Source: Octopus vulgaris | Lineage: Eukaryota | Assembly: GCA_951406725.2 (NCBI GenBank) | Contig: OX597821.1 | Coordinates: 40,052,001 to 40,116,000, forward strand | Length of the DNA stretch: 64,000 nucleotides | Direction: 5' to 3' | Part shown: one piece after another, positions 1 through 13,505 of the stretch | How the letters are laid out: every line of letters begins with the position of its first letter | Numbering within the stretch: the stretch's first letter is position 1 | The notes under the pieces: generated by a model | Database searches by the model: none | Seen by the model: only the letters and a program-made list of their open reading frames with translations | Told to the model about the DNA's origin: nothing | Position numbers and translations under genes: made by a program

Positions 1-361
1 TCCTTATTCCCCTGTGGCTGAACACGATTTCAAGGAAGACTGGAAGTGAGTTCCACGACTTGTGTGACCGTAGCACTCTTCTACATCAATTGCCCAAAGT
101 CAACACAAGGAAAGGTACACAGACCCACCCCTCACCATACCAATATCCACACACACACACACACATAACATCAACTTTGCTTTTCATCCCTCTTGTGTAG
201 ATTAAAAGGGTGCTGGTCAATTATCTAAGTTGATTGGATCGACTCGATTGTTTACAAACTCTCCAATATGTGACTTTCTGGTAGACTTTAAATTCATTAG
301 TATGACCGCTTAGTAATAATATCAACATTTTAATTATGATGACAAAATTAGTAGCAGATTA

Positions 362-937
362 TATTGGGTTGTCCAGAAAGCTCGTGCTGATTTATAGTAG
401 CTTACCTTTCGATTTACTTTAGAACATGTTTGAATCCATAAAATAGGATTTGATTACACCTCCATTTAGAGCACAGTTTAAGCTATCTTTTCGTGGAAGA
501 AGGTTTATGTTCCTATAACCTGTGTTAATTCTGTAACCTTTAAAATGGAAGATAAGAAAGTTCATTTTCGGCACTTGATGCCTTGGGAACCTGACAAAAA
601 TTGCTGCAGCTCGGCTGGGATGTGTTACCTGACCCTCCACATTCACCAGTTATTACTCCTTCGGAATTCCACTTATTCAGGTCTCTGAAGAATAGTCTTA
701 ATGGTAATTAATAGTCTTAATTTCAATTCCTTGGATTACGTAAAAAGATACCTTGATGAATTCTTTGCCCTGAAACCACCTCAATTCTGGGAAGAGGGTA
801 TTTTCAAGTTAAAGGAAAGATGGAGATACATTGTGCAACAGGTTCGTATTTGGTTGATTAAAGATGTAATGGCAAGTATTTATTGACTTTTTTCTTTCCC
901 TTTAAAAATCAGCATGAACTTTCTGGACAACCCAATA
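362..937 (+). mobile_element. Internally deleted mariner (Tc1/mariner) element with both TIRs
   Basis: TIR tattgggttgtccagaaagctcgtgctgattt at 362 matches the reverse complement ending at 937 with 2 mismatches, with TA at both ends. Transposase N-terminus MEDKKVHFRHLM (ATG 545) joins directly to C-terminal QKLLQLGWDVLPDPPHSPVITPSEFHLFRSLKNSLNG (decayed YSPDLAPSD motif) and FWEEGIFKLKERW. Confidence 0.93.
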
Positions 938-1517
938 CAAAAAGCAGTATGATATCTTGTGTCATCAAAACGTGCATTTTTCTGCTAATGACAATAAATG
1001 GGCAAAGAGCAGCAGAAAAGGGTTGGGTTCTCATTAAAATTCAAACAGGATTTCGTTTGATCCCAAATAAAAGGATTTCCAATACCACTTGAGTTACGTT
1101 TGTCTTTTATGAACCAAAGAAAAAATATCAATGTTGTTACACTGCTCATAAAAAAAAAAACAGAAGCTAAATCTTCCTCATATCACACCTTATTACCTTG
1201 GAGAGGGGATGGACACAGTGGACAGTGTAGTACTAGCTACATAATGTCAATAAAATAATAGATTGGTCGTTGTTGGAACTCCTTAAATTAATGGCTTAGC
1301 TCAATGAGGACTGACCAGGGGTTCAGCAGTAATGATTGAGCAATGACATTCAAAGTCAACCAAAATAAAAAGCTGTTATGCACAGGGACCCTAAGCACAG
1401 GGACCCGATGCACAGTGAAGGTGTATCCTATTAGTCCAGGGTGTTAACATGTCGTCTTGTTTTTGGATGTCACTTCACTTACATGTGTATATATAATTTA
1501 ATTGTAAGTAAATGCTT

Positions 1518-1699
1518 CAGTTCTGTATTTAAGAGATGAGAAACTATGTACATTATTTACATTATTTACATTTGACAGATATTTGTCCTTATCTTGTTTT
1601 GTTGTTAACACAACGTTTCAGCTGATACACCCTCCAGCCTTCATCAAGTGTCTTGGGGAAATTTCGAACCTGGGTTCTCATTCCTAAGGTATTTTTCCA

Positions 1700-1749
<50 letters not shown>

Positions 1750-1826
1750 TCACTCGGAATCTTGGCGTAGTGGTTAAGAGCGCAGGCTACTAACCCAAAA
1801 ATTCTGAGTTCGATTCTAGGCAGTGA

Positions 1827-1859
<33 letters not shown>

Positions 1860-2024
1860 CGATAATAATAATAATAATAATAACAACAACAACAACAACA
1901 TTGAAAAATACCTTAGGAATGAGAACCCAGGTTGCAGGTTGGAGGGTATATCAACCGAATCATTGTGTTACCAACAAACAAGATGAGGACAAATATCTGT
2001 CAAATGTAAATAATGTAAATAATT
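1518..2024. mobile_element. tRNA-headed, HHR-bearing SINE inserted as an inverted (foldback) pair
   Basis: 13-bp direct repeat taagtaaatgctt at 1505-1517 and 2025-2037 (TSD). Arms are reverse complements. tRNA-like head with A box (tagtggttaag) and B box (gttcgattc) at about 1763-1816, plus internal (AAT)n. Confidence 0.85.
1607..1652 (-). ncRNA. Minimal type I hammerhead motif (C3>U)
   Basis: Minus strand reads gacac-UUGAUGA-aggcug...cagcu-GAAAC-GUU-guguu; stems I and II pair. Confidence 0.65.
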
Positions 2025-2434
2025 TAAGTAAATGCTTGTTGGTCAGTTTTTTTTATAACATGATATAACCCAGAGATTTTCTTTTAAAGTTCATTGAGCA
2101 GTAATGAAAAACTTATGATGTGTCTCTACTGACACAAGTCATTGGTTTGTTATCACCACTAGAGTGGCTCCATTAGTGGTTTATAGCTTTATAAATGATG
2201 ACAAGACATTTTTGATTCTTTCACAGTTAATTTTTTTATGTATATATATATATGTGTGTGTGTGTGTGCATGTGCTTGTGTATGTGTGTGTATGTGTTTG
2301 TGTGTGTATACCTTTGATAATTCAGTTCCTGAACCAATCTACATTCCACATGAAAATTTCAGAATGAATTAATAATAGATTAAGCATTTTCAAAAAATAT
2401 AATTCTAGGACAAATACATTGACATACATGCATA

Positions 2435-2845
2435 CGTACATACGTACTTATGTATGTATGTATGTATGTATGTATGTATGTATGTATGTATGTATGTATG
2501 TATGTATGTATGTCTTTGTTAATGATTGGATCTACAAGACTGCTGGGTTGCTTTATGCTGTTGTCCTTCCTACAGTGATGATGGTGAGGAGGAGAAGGAG
2601 GAGAGGAAGAATAGGGGGAGGAGGAGGAAGATGACAATGATGATGACAACGATGACGATGATGATGATGCTGGTAATGCTGATGATAATAACGACAATGA
2701 TGATGATGATGATTATGTTGGTAATGGCAATGATGATAAAAATGACAACAACGATGATGACGATTATGATGATGATGATGACAATGACAAACACAATGAT
2801 GAGGAAGGTGGTGGTGAGGATGATGGCAATGGTGAGAATGATGAT
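2435..2845. repeat. (TATG)n followed by degenerate (ATG)n/(GAG)n microsatellites
   Basis: Seen directly; accounts for the poly-M/poly-I ORFs. Confidence 0.95.
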
Positions 2846-3183
2846 TTATTGAAGTTTTTAGAGAAATTTCTCTTCACCAATATTGCTAAGAGATAAAAAA
2901 ACAAAAAAACAAAAAAAATACACTGTTATGTATTAATTCTGTAAAATAGATTTATAGTGAAGAATGCAATGAAGAATATTGTTTTCGACATCAGAAGTAT
3001 CTCAATTTGATATATTTCTTCATTAAATGGAAGTAATTTTACTAGTTGAGTAAATGACTTACCGATTTGTGTATCATCAATACCATATTTCGATAAATAT
3101 CTCATTTTGATATCTTCCATTTCACAGCAAGCCACTTCACACTACCACATAGATCTTTTCTTATAAATATGTATGTGTGTATT

Positions 3184-3231
<48 letters not shown>

Positions 3232-3270
3232 TATAAAGATAGATATAGCTGGTCTGTATGGTTTTACCAA

Positions 3271-3501
3271 TTTTATTCAACATATTCCCTTCTCAGATTC
3301 CTACATTTATTTTAGCAGTCCTTCAGTTTTTCTAACCTCTTTACAAGAACTCAGAATGATGGGCCTCTAATCAGGCCTTTCACGACACCCTTAAAGCCAG
3401 GAATTTTTCAGCACCACCTCATATATATTAAAGGGCTTAAAAAAACTGAAGGACCACTGCAATAAGTGTGTGAATCTGAGAGGGGAATATGTTAAATAGA
3501 A
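3271..3501. mobile_element. MITE-like foldback
   Basis: About 73-bp imperfect inverted arms at 3271-3343 and 3429-3501 (aacatattccc(t/c)tctcagattc...gtccttcagttttt). Confidence 0.65.
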
Positions 3502-3571
3502 TCATAATTAACTGATCCTCCTGTATTTTCTTTTACCCTAAGCCCTAAACTTTTTATCACCCATCATATGG

Positions 3572-3618
<47 letters not shown>

Positions 3619-3620
<2 letters not shown>

Positions 3621-4092
3621 TCGATGTCTATCGCTCCTAAATGGGATAGAAGGTTAGTTATGTTGCCTGTCCACAACTCTAAGGTGTTTTAACACTGGCA
3701 ACATGAGAGTTATATACTCCGCTACGCCATTGCAGCCACTGGGAAATACACAAAGTATATACATTAGTATATGTATTTAATGATACTTATTATAATAGAT
3801 CTGCTTTCACTTCGTATTACAATTTTCTCTTAGGTATGCAATTTCTAGGCATACCAGCTCATGAGTTTACAAACCATGAGCATATAAGTCATTGGACTGG
3901 CTAACTGACTCCTCGTGCAGGGAGGTGGTGTTGATAAGCCACAAAAATGGTGAAACATTGATGTCTATCACTCTCAGATGGGACTGAGGGTGAGTTATCT
4001 CACCTGTCCATGGCTCTAAGATGTTTTAACACAGGTGACATGAGAGTTGTATACTCCATTACATCTTTGCAGCCACTAGAAAATACACAAAT
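3619..4092 (-). mobile_element. About 1.4-mer tandem element (337-bp period) with a decayed HHR-like core
   Basis: About 135-bp diverged direct repeats at 3619 and 3956. Between them are hairpins ggtatgc/gcatacc and gctcatg/catgagc, enclosed on the minus strand by CCAAUGA-cuua...uaag-a-GAAA. Confidence 0.5.
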
Positions 4093-4116
4093 CATATGCA
4101 TTTAACAATATATATA

Positions 4117-4525
4117 CTCTTTTACTCTTTTACTTGTTTCAGTCATTTGACTGTGGCCATGCTGGAGCTCCGCCTTTAGTCGAGCAAATCGACCCCGGGA
4201 CTTATTCTTTGTAAGCCCAGTACTTATTCTATCGGTCTCTTTTGCCGAACCGCTAAGCGACGGGGACATAAACACACCAGCATCGGTTGTCAAGCAATGC
4301 TAGGGGGACAAACACAGACACACAAACATATACACACACACTTATATATATATACATATATACGACAGGCTTCTTTCAGTTTCCGTCTACCAAATCCACT
4401 CACAAGGCATTGGTCGGCCCGGGGCTATAGCAGAAGACACTTGCCCAAGATGCCACGCAGTGGGACTGAACCCGGAACCATGTGGTTGGTTAGCAAGCTA
4501 CTTACCACACAGCCACTCCTGCGCC
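4117..4525 (-). mobile_element. tRNA-derived SINE family B, full length
   Basis: Head ggcgcaggagtggctgtgtggtaag...gggttcagtccc, internal TA/CA tract, tail (gtaaaaga)n; homologous to 13150 and 15848. Confidence 0.9.
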
Positions 4526-7174
4526 TATATATATATATACATATACACACACACACACATACAAAGGCATCCCAAAAGTATATAGAGATCACTCCTTATA
4601 CTGTTTTATCTCTGGGAACTCATTAGTAGAATGCTCAAAGGGATTAAATTCTTAAAAGCTGCATAAGGCATTTTGTCCTTATAAAACCTAGGATGAATGT
4701 TTTTAAATGCATCAAATGACATTTTCTTTCTAGAAATAAATCATTTAAAAACAATGGCGTTCATTTACCTTTGAGATATGTGTGTGTGTATGTGTATTTG
4801 TGTATGTGTGTGGGTGGGTGTGTGCATGCATGTGTGTGTGTATTTGTGTATGTGTGTGAGTGTGTGTGTGTGTGCATGCATGTGTATGTATGTGTGTACA
4901 TACACTATAGTTTTGCACACATCAAAATCATGGATATAGTATGTTTGGAAAAAAATTGGAAGAAGTGCTAAGTCCAGTATTAAATAGTTGTAGATTTACA
5001 CTTATGGAACGTGAAAGTGATTAATTTAATTTCAATCATTGAAGTGACCTCAGAATTTAGATAATTATATCAACAATGGGTTTCCATATTTCTCCTTGTG
5101 TTTTCCTAGACATTAAAGAGTCAAAAGGCTGCTACATGTTATCAAAATGTTTATTTTCCTCCTAATGGCGAAATCACAATCGACACAGCCATCACTTACA
5201 CAGCAATGTCATATTGAATTATTATCTTGTTAAGTGACAGCAATGTATCTTTTGTTCAAACGACCGTTAATTCATTATCACACATCCCTGCAGGAAATCA
5301 GAATCACGGATCACAAATCAGGAACTGACACTCGAATCGGTTCTGATAGAAATAAAAAAATAAATTTAAAAATTCTGGTTTAAATATTTGCAGTCGGTGT
5401 TTCCTTGCAGGTTGTCTGAGGATAATTTTAAATTACATAAATGATAGTAATAAAAATATTCCTCACCACCCTGTCTTTTGAACTATTAACTTTTCCTTTG
5501 ATCATATTGAAATAACAACTCAAGAAACAGCAGCAAAGTGATCTAGCTTGCAGTTCAATCAACTTCTTCTTTTGAATATGGCGTCAAAGCTTGTTGTTTA
5601 CCACTAGTGAGTTGCCATCAATAAGGAAATTGCATTAAATATTTATCTTACTCTAGTTATTCATGATTCCGAAGCTATGGTAAAACATTTTCTCTGCAGG
5701 TGTTATTTGGAATCAAGGAAGGAATCTAATGATAGTCTTCTGTGTCCATCAGTTGTAAGTAGTGTTAATAGAGGAGAACATTCACTTATATTTATTAGAG
5801 TATCTTTGACTCTTACATCTTGAAATTTCAACAGCTGATCTTTGTCCACTTGGCTGGGAATGAAACATGTGTTTGAGAAAATTAGAACCGTTTGTTTTGA
5901 CATACTTAAATTGCTTTCTTGCTGGATTCAAAACACAACCGAACCTTCATCAGCTGTGGAATTATGTTCACAGATCAAAGGAATTGCCTTCAGTCATTTT
6001 CCTTATGAAATCCTAATTGTTTCAAGAATGCACGATTTTTCTTGATTATTTGAAGTCTAACTTGTTTATTCTGCTTGGTTGCATTTAGATCAAATACTTA
6101 AATAATATGACTAGCTTTGAATTTACATTTATCACGATAAAATATTATAAATAATGATAATGAAATGGAGAAAATAATATCATTCAAAGACTGCAGCCAA
6201 GTTCTGAGTTGAAATATTCTCAAAATTGATCTGACTTCTCATCTTGTTGAAGTTTTGTAAGTATTAATGCAAATGGCTTTGATCAGGTTGACTTAGAGAG
6301 CAAGAAGGACCATTCTGCTTACTGTTTGAAGGTCCAACTCTAAACTATACTTCCCAACATTCTTCTGCAACGGTTATTTCTTCCCTCTTAGAAAACAAGA
6401 AAGCAGTTCTTGAAATGAAGGATTTGTAAATTATACAGTTCAGACTGTTTTATTAAGGATCTTCATATTTTTGTTAAATGTGCTTCTTTTCGTTACACGA
6501 TTGTTTGGACAGCTCTCTAGTCATGGTCACCTAATTCAGAAATTAAAGGCTTAAACAATAAATTACTTTCCTTGAAAATTATGGGGAGTATACACATACA
6601 TAATGGGGTTCCACACAGTTTCCAACCACTAAATTCACTCATGAGGCATTAGCCAGCCCAACGCCACAGTAGAGGACATTTGTTCACAAAATGTGGCACT
6701 TTACTCAAAGAACTCTGCATATCAAGTTTTCAGGTCAATGTTCGCATCGTTTGCCAATACACAACAGCGAAATATACATACATATGTGAATCACATGACG
6801 GTTTTCTACATAGTTTCTATTTACCAAATTCCATTCACAAGGCACAGCAAAAGTTAGCCGTCCAAAGTGCTGTACAATGGGATGGAACTCAGCTCTTCAT
6901 GGTTATGAATGAAACTCTTCACCACTGGACCATACCAGCACCTAATGACTTTGTGTTAATGGCCATATTTTATGATGTCTGCTTTCTAAAATAATCAAGA
7001 TGACCTGCAGGTTCCACAAGTCACAAAGATCAATGAGTGACCACTGAGAACGACATTGGTCAAGTTATGAGAAATATCATTTCAGTAATGACTGGTTAAA
7101 GCAAGTTAAGAATGACTAATACAGTCAGATTAATAATGACCAGGTCAGTTGAATGATGGTTGATAAAATTGAAG

Positions 7175-7574
7175 GTGGCGAGCTGGCAGAATCGTTAGCA
7201 TGCAGGGCGAAATGCTTAGCGGTATTTCATCTACTGCTACGTTCTGAGTTCAAATTCCGCTGAGATCAAATTTGCCTTTCATCCTCTCGGGGTCGATTAA
7301 ATAAGTACCAGTTACGCACTGGGGTCAATCTAATCGACTAAATCCGTTTGTCTGTCCTCTCTGTGTTTAGCCCCTTCTGGGTAGTAAAAAAATAGGTATT
7401 TCGTCTGTTGCTACGTTCTGAGTTCAAATTCCGCCGAGGTCAACTTTGCCTTTCATCCCTTCAGGATCGATTAAATAAGTACCAGTTACGCACTGGGGTC
7501 GATATAATTGACTTAATCCGTTTGTCCTTGTTTGTCCTCTCTGTGTTTAGCCTCTTGTGGGCAGTAGAGAAATA
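7175..7574 (+). mobile_element. SINE family A with tandem duplication of its 3' part
   Basis: Head ggcgagctggcagaatcgttagc, B-box-like gagttcaaattcc, body gcctttcatcct...aagtaccag repeated from about 7395. 17-bp TSD ggtt(g/a)ataaaattgaag at 7158 and 7575. Confidence 0.9.
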
Positions 7575-7912
7575 GGTTAATAAAATTGAAGCAATGACTA
7601 TATAAGATTGTTTAGTAAGGTTAGCTGATGAATGGATGGTTAAATCAGTTAGGCAATGGCTAATTTTGATAAATCATTAATTGTTGGATGACTAATGGTT
7701 TCAATGTAATTACTCTGGTGTAAATAGTGACTAAGAAGGTTGGTTCACAGATGGCTAAGCTGGTTGAATCTGAGTGATGGACTAATTTCAGTTGACCAAC
7801 AAAAACACTGTCTCTGTGTGAAGGGAAAATTGCAAGTTAATCAATGATTGATCACTTTTCTAGAAAGGGCATCACTGCTTCAGCAGGAGCTTTTGTTGTT
7901 GTTGAAGCTGGT

Positions 7913-7964
<52 letters not shown>

Positions 7965-7977
7965 CATATATATACAT

Positions 7978-8009
<32 letters not shown>

Positions 8010-8012
8010 CTA

Positions 8013-8058
<46 letters not shown>

Positions 8059-10005
8059 CACATATACCGATGTATATATATGTGTGTGTGTGTGTATTTC
8101 TTTTGACTGTAGAGCAGAGTGGATATTTGATTTACAGGTTTGATGCAAACTTGAATCAAATCTTGTGACTTCGGAATCAGACAGACACCAACAAAAATAT
8201 TCAAATTTAGGATGATTGAAAACATTCTATAAGTTTGTAATTATATAAGACCTTCCCAGCTATGAAGAAAAAAGAAATAAATAAAATAAACATCAATGAT
8301 AACAACAGTTTCAAAGAAAAATTAACTGAGATTTCTATTCTGATGGAAATGCTGAAAAATTGAAATAAATTAAGAATGATAATAACGAGAAGAGAAACTT
8401 AGAATATATGTGCATACAAATACACCACACACGTGCATACACACACAATGTATACATGTATCTATACACATACCTATATGTATGTGTGTATATGTATGTA
8501 TAAATATATAAATGTGTGTATGCATATATATATATGTGTGTATGTGCGAACCTCTTGTATATATGAAAGTTTGTTTGTGTGCACATGTATAAAGAGATGG
8601 AAGAAGAGAAAAATGGAAAAAAAAAGAAAAGCAAAGGAGATAATGAAAGAGAGAGGGTAGAGAGAGAGACGAGGTAGGAACAAGAATATAAAGAGTGAGA
8701 GGTTAAAGGAAAGAAAGAAAGAGTGGGGCAGAGAGAAAATGAATGGAAGAAAAAGAGAGAATAATATATATGAGAAAGAGAAAAGAAATAGGATTGAGAG
8801 AAATAGAAAGCAAGACATCAATATATAAAGAAAAATTTAAAAAGCAAATATAAAAGATGGAGTAATAGACTGTGACAAAAATAGAAAATGAAAGAAGCAA
8901 GAGAGAGAGAGAGAGAAAGAGAGAGGGGGGGAGTGACAGAGTATGTGAAAGATGTGATTGAAAGGACAGGAATGGCAGAGGAACGGCAGACAGGAAATTA
9001 CCTAAGGTCTATTAGGACTGGTGAAATAAATATACATTATTCTAGAGAAAGTTAGCAACCAGTAAAAGTAGTTAGCTGCAAAGAAAAAGAAAGCAATATT
9101 CGAAGAAGATCGAAGTTAAAAGATGGTCTGGAAGAGAGGAACAGACAAACAGAAGCTGCTTGAAAATGTGACTGACATTTTCAAAATAGTCGAGTAATTT
9201 ACTTAAATTATTTTTTAAAATGATTTGTTTTTGTAAATTTCTTTCGATTTTATTTGTTTCTTTTGTTTTTGGTCTTTATGTACTGCAGTACAGGTAAACT
9301 GATTCTGTATACTATTTCCAAGGATATTTTTGAAAAACTCTTCTGATTATAGTTTGTTTGTTGTTTTCAATGAAGAATGTTATAGCTCTTGGCTTAAAAT
9401 GTTTTGATTCTGCCACACTGAAGTCTAGGAATTTCTCTTCTGTTTGGTATTTTTAAAGCGGTGGCTGATCATGCAGGCAAATGGAGGCTGACATTGTGAT
9501 ACATGTAAAATATGTTCTGACAGCATCCATGTTAAAGAGAAAGAGAAAACTATTTTCAAGACTTGCATGTAGCAGAAAGCTGAGATGATAGTTTACTGAA
9601 GAATATCTAAGAATCCAGTTCTGTTTACTGGAATTGTGTGGTGATACATAGTCAAGATCACTTTCATGGGAAAACTCAATTTTTTTAATAATTTTAGTTC
9701 TGATTCACCTCACTCAATTCAACTCTGTTATAAGTTCTATGAAAAAGGTTTGACCTCCTTGTGGACTTCCAAATAACTCTTGGTCCAGGTTGTCTTTACC
9801 ATTATTTACAAATTTTCATATATTTGTGTATGTTTCAAATAGCTAAGTCTTTGTTTCTTACTAAATGCGATGTACATGTGTTCAGAAGGGAGATGAAGTC
9901 ATAAACCTTTATTTAACCTAGGTTTCTATCTTCCTTAATCCTTATGGTATGGATGGACAACATTAAAGTTTACTGAGGGGAATCCCAGCCAGTACTGTAC
10001 ACACC

Positions 10006-10233
10006 CGGTGAGCTGGCAGAAACGTTAGCATGCCGGAAAAAATGCTTAGCGGTATTTTGTCTATCGCTACATTCTGAGTTCAAATTCCACCGAGATCGAC
10101 TTTGCCTTTCATCCTTTCGGGGTTGATTAAATAAGTATCAGTTACACACTGGGATCGATATAATCGACTTAATCCATTTGTCTGTCCTTGTTTGTCCCTT
10201 CTGTGTTTAACCCCTTGTGGGTAGTAAAGAAAT
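10006..10233 (+). mobile_element. SINE family A
   Basis: Colinear with the 7175 and 27859 copies. Confidence 0.9.
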
Positions 10234-11259
10234 ATATTTCTTATAGCCTCTGCTATGGTTTTCCTCTATAAAGGAAACTTTGTCACTTAGCTGTATAAAG
10301 TTTCCATTTCTCACTGTAGCCATTCTACATTTTTCGAATGTCACGTTTTACCTTTGATTAAAACTTTTCTCTCAATGATCCATTATTCTAATCCTAGAGC
10401 TTGTCCTATTTTTGTTGTAAACTTCAGCACAAATACATTGGATGTCAGTTACAAACATGCTTGAGATAGGTTTTAACATTGTTGAGATAATTGTCAGTTT
10501 TGGATGTTATTTACTCTACTCTTTTCTCAATCAACTCCTGGCCATTATTTTACTATTTATTTGTAAAACTGCCTCATAAAATAATGTCTGAAAATTGTGT
10601 TAAGCTGATCAAGGATGTGTCCATCACATTCTATTAAATGATGGGATTAATCTATCCACAATGAGAAGGTATTTTCATTTTACAGCATTAAGGAGAAAAT
10701 AGTTTAGAAAATTCTCAAATGAAAGACAAAATTAGCATCTGAAATTAAATTCCATATAAATTCAGAGACTATGCATAAGAATGGCTAGTTTTCAACTGGA
10801 AGATGGGATAGATATATAAAAAATTGGAATATAACCTATTCTCATAATCTATATGGAACATTTTGAATATAGAACTTTGTCCAATGCCAACACTCAGATA
10901 AAACTTTCATTCTGTAGCAACAACTGAAAGGTATTCAAGTTTCACTGTGCCATACATACTTCCTACGTAAATCTGTGCAATTCATCATTGGGAAAGAAAA
11001 AAATAAGTTTATTTTTCATGAATACACATTCTAACAAAACGTACAGAAACAGGTGTTAAGGAAGCTGTTTCAAGAGGCAACATGGTTTTGAGATAGAATC
11101 TAAATGATGAGTCCTACCATACTCATGAGGAATAGAAGTGGGGAGGGGGGAGTGCAATGGAATACGTGCTGATTGTGCTTTCAGGTGAGTACCATAGATG
11201 AGCAAGGGTGAGAAAAGGCTTGACTAGTCAAAGAGAGAGGAGTGGAAACAGGGCCCTGC

Positions 11260-12610
11260 ACGTATGAGCATAACTTGGTAGTTTTAAGATCTCATTTTTT
11301 AAATGGTTGTGTCTTCTTGAGCACAGCAAAACACCAATCATCCCAGCCCTTTGTCATCTCCATAAGGCTCAACATCTTGAGATCAGCCTTCAACAAAATG
11401 TTTCCGTGGGTTTCCCTCTTCCACCAGTTCCATCCCCTGTATGTGAACATCACTTTGTTATGCAACAGTTCTCATCTATAGGCATCACATGATTAAACCA
11501 GCATAGTCTTCTCTCTTGCACACTACAGACGATACCTTTTTATGCCTAATTTTTCTTTCAATACATTTACACGTTGTTGTACATCATGGAACGTTAACAA
11601 TTCACATTCAGTAGAACGTACAAACTCCATTCATTTTCAGTCTTTACATGTCCTCTGCATCTAGGGTCCATGTTTCACTGCCATGTAGCATTGCTACATA
11701 CACAAACATCATACAATCTTCCTTTCACTCAGAGAGAGATCTTCATCCCTGCCAAAAGAGGTAATAGCTGTCACAAGTTTATCCATCCTTTTCTAATTCT
11801 TGCGACTGTACTTTCAGAACATCTTCCTCTACTGCTAATTAGGTCACCAAAGTAACAGAAACTATCTTTTGCCTTTTAAGGAGTCTTTGTGGTGTTTGAG
11901 AAAATCAATTTCTTGTGTGATCTCAGACATTATGGCAACTGTGAATCTTCCACATACAGAAACTGCTTTCTCCATTAACCTTCCTGTGATTTCACTTCAC
12001 CTCTTGGGCATCTCTAGCTTGCACCACTGGATACAATATATGCAATTTCTGCCTACATCTTTCCTACACATTGAGAAGGGCCATTTATTTGAAGTGGATA
12101 GCGTCCTATCTGTTGTTTTGCTTACTAGGGCTTTAGTCTTTGCTAAATTAACTTTGAGGTCTTTCTTTTCTAATTCTGTTACAGATTCAGCTATGAGGGT
12201 AAGATCATCAGCATATACCCTAGTAGTTCCCAGAGGCAGTCAGTCCTGAATTCTTCTGCTATGGACTGGAAGACAATGATGAATAGAAAGGGACTGGGAA
12301 CTAAGCCCCGGTGGACGCACACCTCTACACTAAATTCATCACTGTACTCATGGTTAACTCTCACCTTATGACAGCACCCCTCTACATGTTTTGTACAGCT
12401 TTGACAAGCCATTTGTCTATCCCTAGCTTCCTCAGAGACTACCAAATCACAGAGCAAGGAGCTCTGCCAAAGGCTTTCTCCAGGTCAACGAATGGAAAGT
12501 ATAAAGATTTATTGTCTGCTAAATACTTCAGCAGCCAATTAGGAAGATAGCATCAGGAGTACCTCTATCCAGCACAAAACTGATCTGCTTCTTATCTCTT
12601 TTAATTCTAT
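11260..12610 (-). pseudogene. Decayed RTE-clade LINE reverse transcriptase and C-terminal region
   Basis: Minus strand VRVNHEYSDEFSVEVCVHRGLVPSPFLFIIVFQSIAEEFRTDCLWELL then YADDL (tatgctgatgatctt); frameshifted; related to the 39.1-40.5 kb element. Confidence 0.85.
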
Positions 12611-13149
12611 TTCTAATTGATTTGGTTATTACTCCATAGGTTTCAAGTTATAACATATATTTATTACAAACACACCTATTAGAAAATACTTTTATTATTT
12701 TTAGGTAATAGATATTTTTATTTTAAAGATATTTATTTCATAATCTTGTATAAGAACCAAGAAATTAGATAAAATTAAACTTATAAATTATTGTATGTAT
12801 GCCATATATTTTGATAATACCAGTGGTGGCAAAAGGATACTTCCAATGTATATCTAATAAGCATCCTTGCTTGTAAAAGGGCTTAAATAGAAGGAACAGG
12901 ACAACCTCTGAAGATTACAATAATCTTGCATCAGTTATTTCAATCAACAATAGAACATGAAATATGGGAATCTGGAAATCTTATATCACTATGGGATAAA
13001 GCTTGCATTAGAAATAATGGGCCACAATAATGCTACTGGATATTGGCTTTGCCTCTAGCAGTTGTTGCGATTGCAATGAGCAATTTTAAATTAATATATC
13101 ATATAGTATCATCATCATCATCATCATCATGCAATTATATATAATTATA

Positions 13150-13505
13150 TTCTTTTATTTGTTTCAGTCATTTGACTGTGGCCATGCTAGAGCACTACCT
13201 TTAGTCAAAACAAATTGACCCCAGGACTTATTCTTTGTAAGCCTAGTACTTATTCTATCCAGTTTTATTTTTTTGCAAAACTGCTAAGTTAAGGGGATGT
13301 AAACGCACCAACATTGGTTATCAAGCAATGTTGGCGGACAAACACACATATATACGACGGGCTTCTTTCAGTTTCCATCTACCAAAACCACTCGCAAGGC
13401 TTTGGTCAGCCTGAGGCTATAGTAGAAGACACTTGCCCAAGGTGCCATGCAGTAGGACTGAACCATGTGGTTGGTAAGCAAGCTACTTACTACACATCCA
13501 CTCCT
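13150..13505 (-). mobile_element. SINE family B
   Basis: Homologous to 4117-4525. Confidence 0.88.

Noticed and set aside
11170-11190. tttcag/gtgagt as a recursive splice site
   Set aside because: Weak polypyrimidine tract and host gene orientation unknown.
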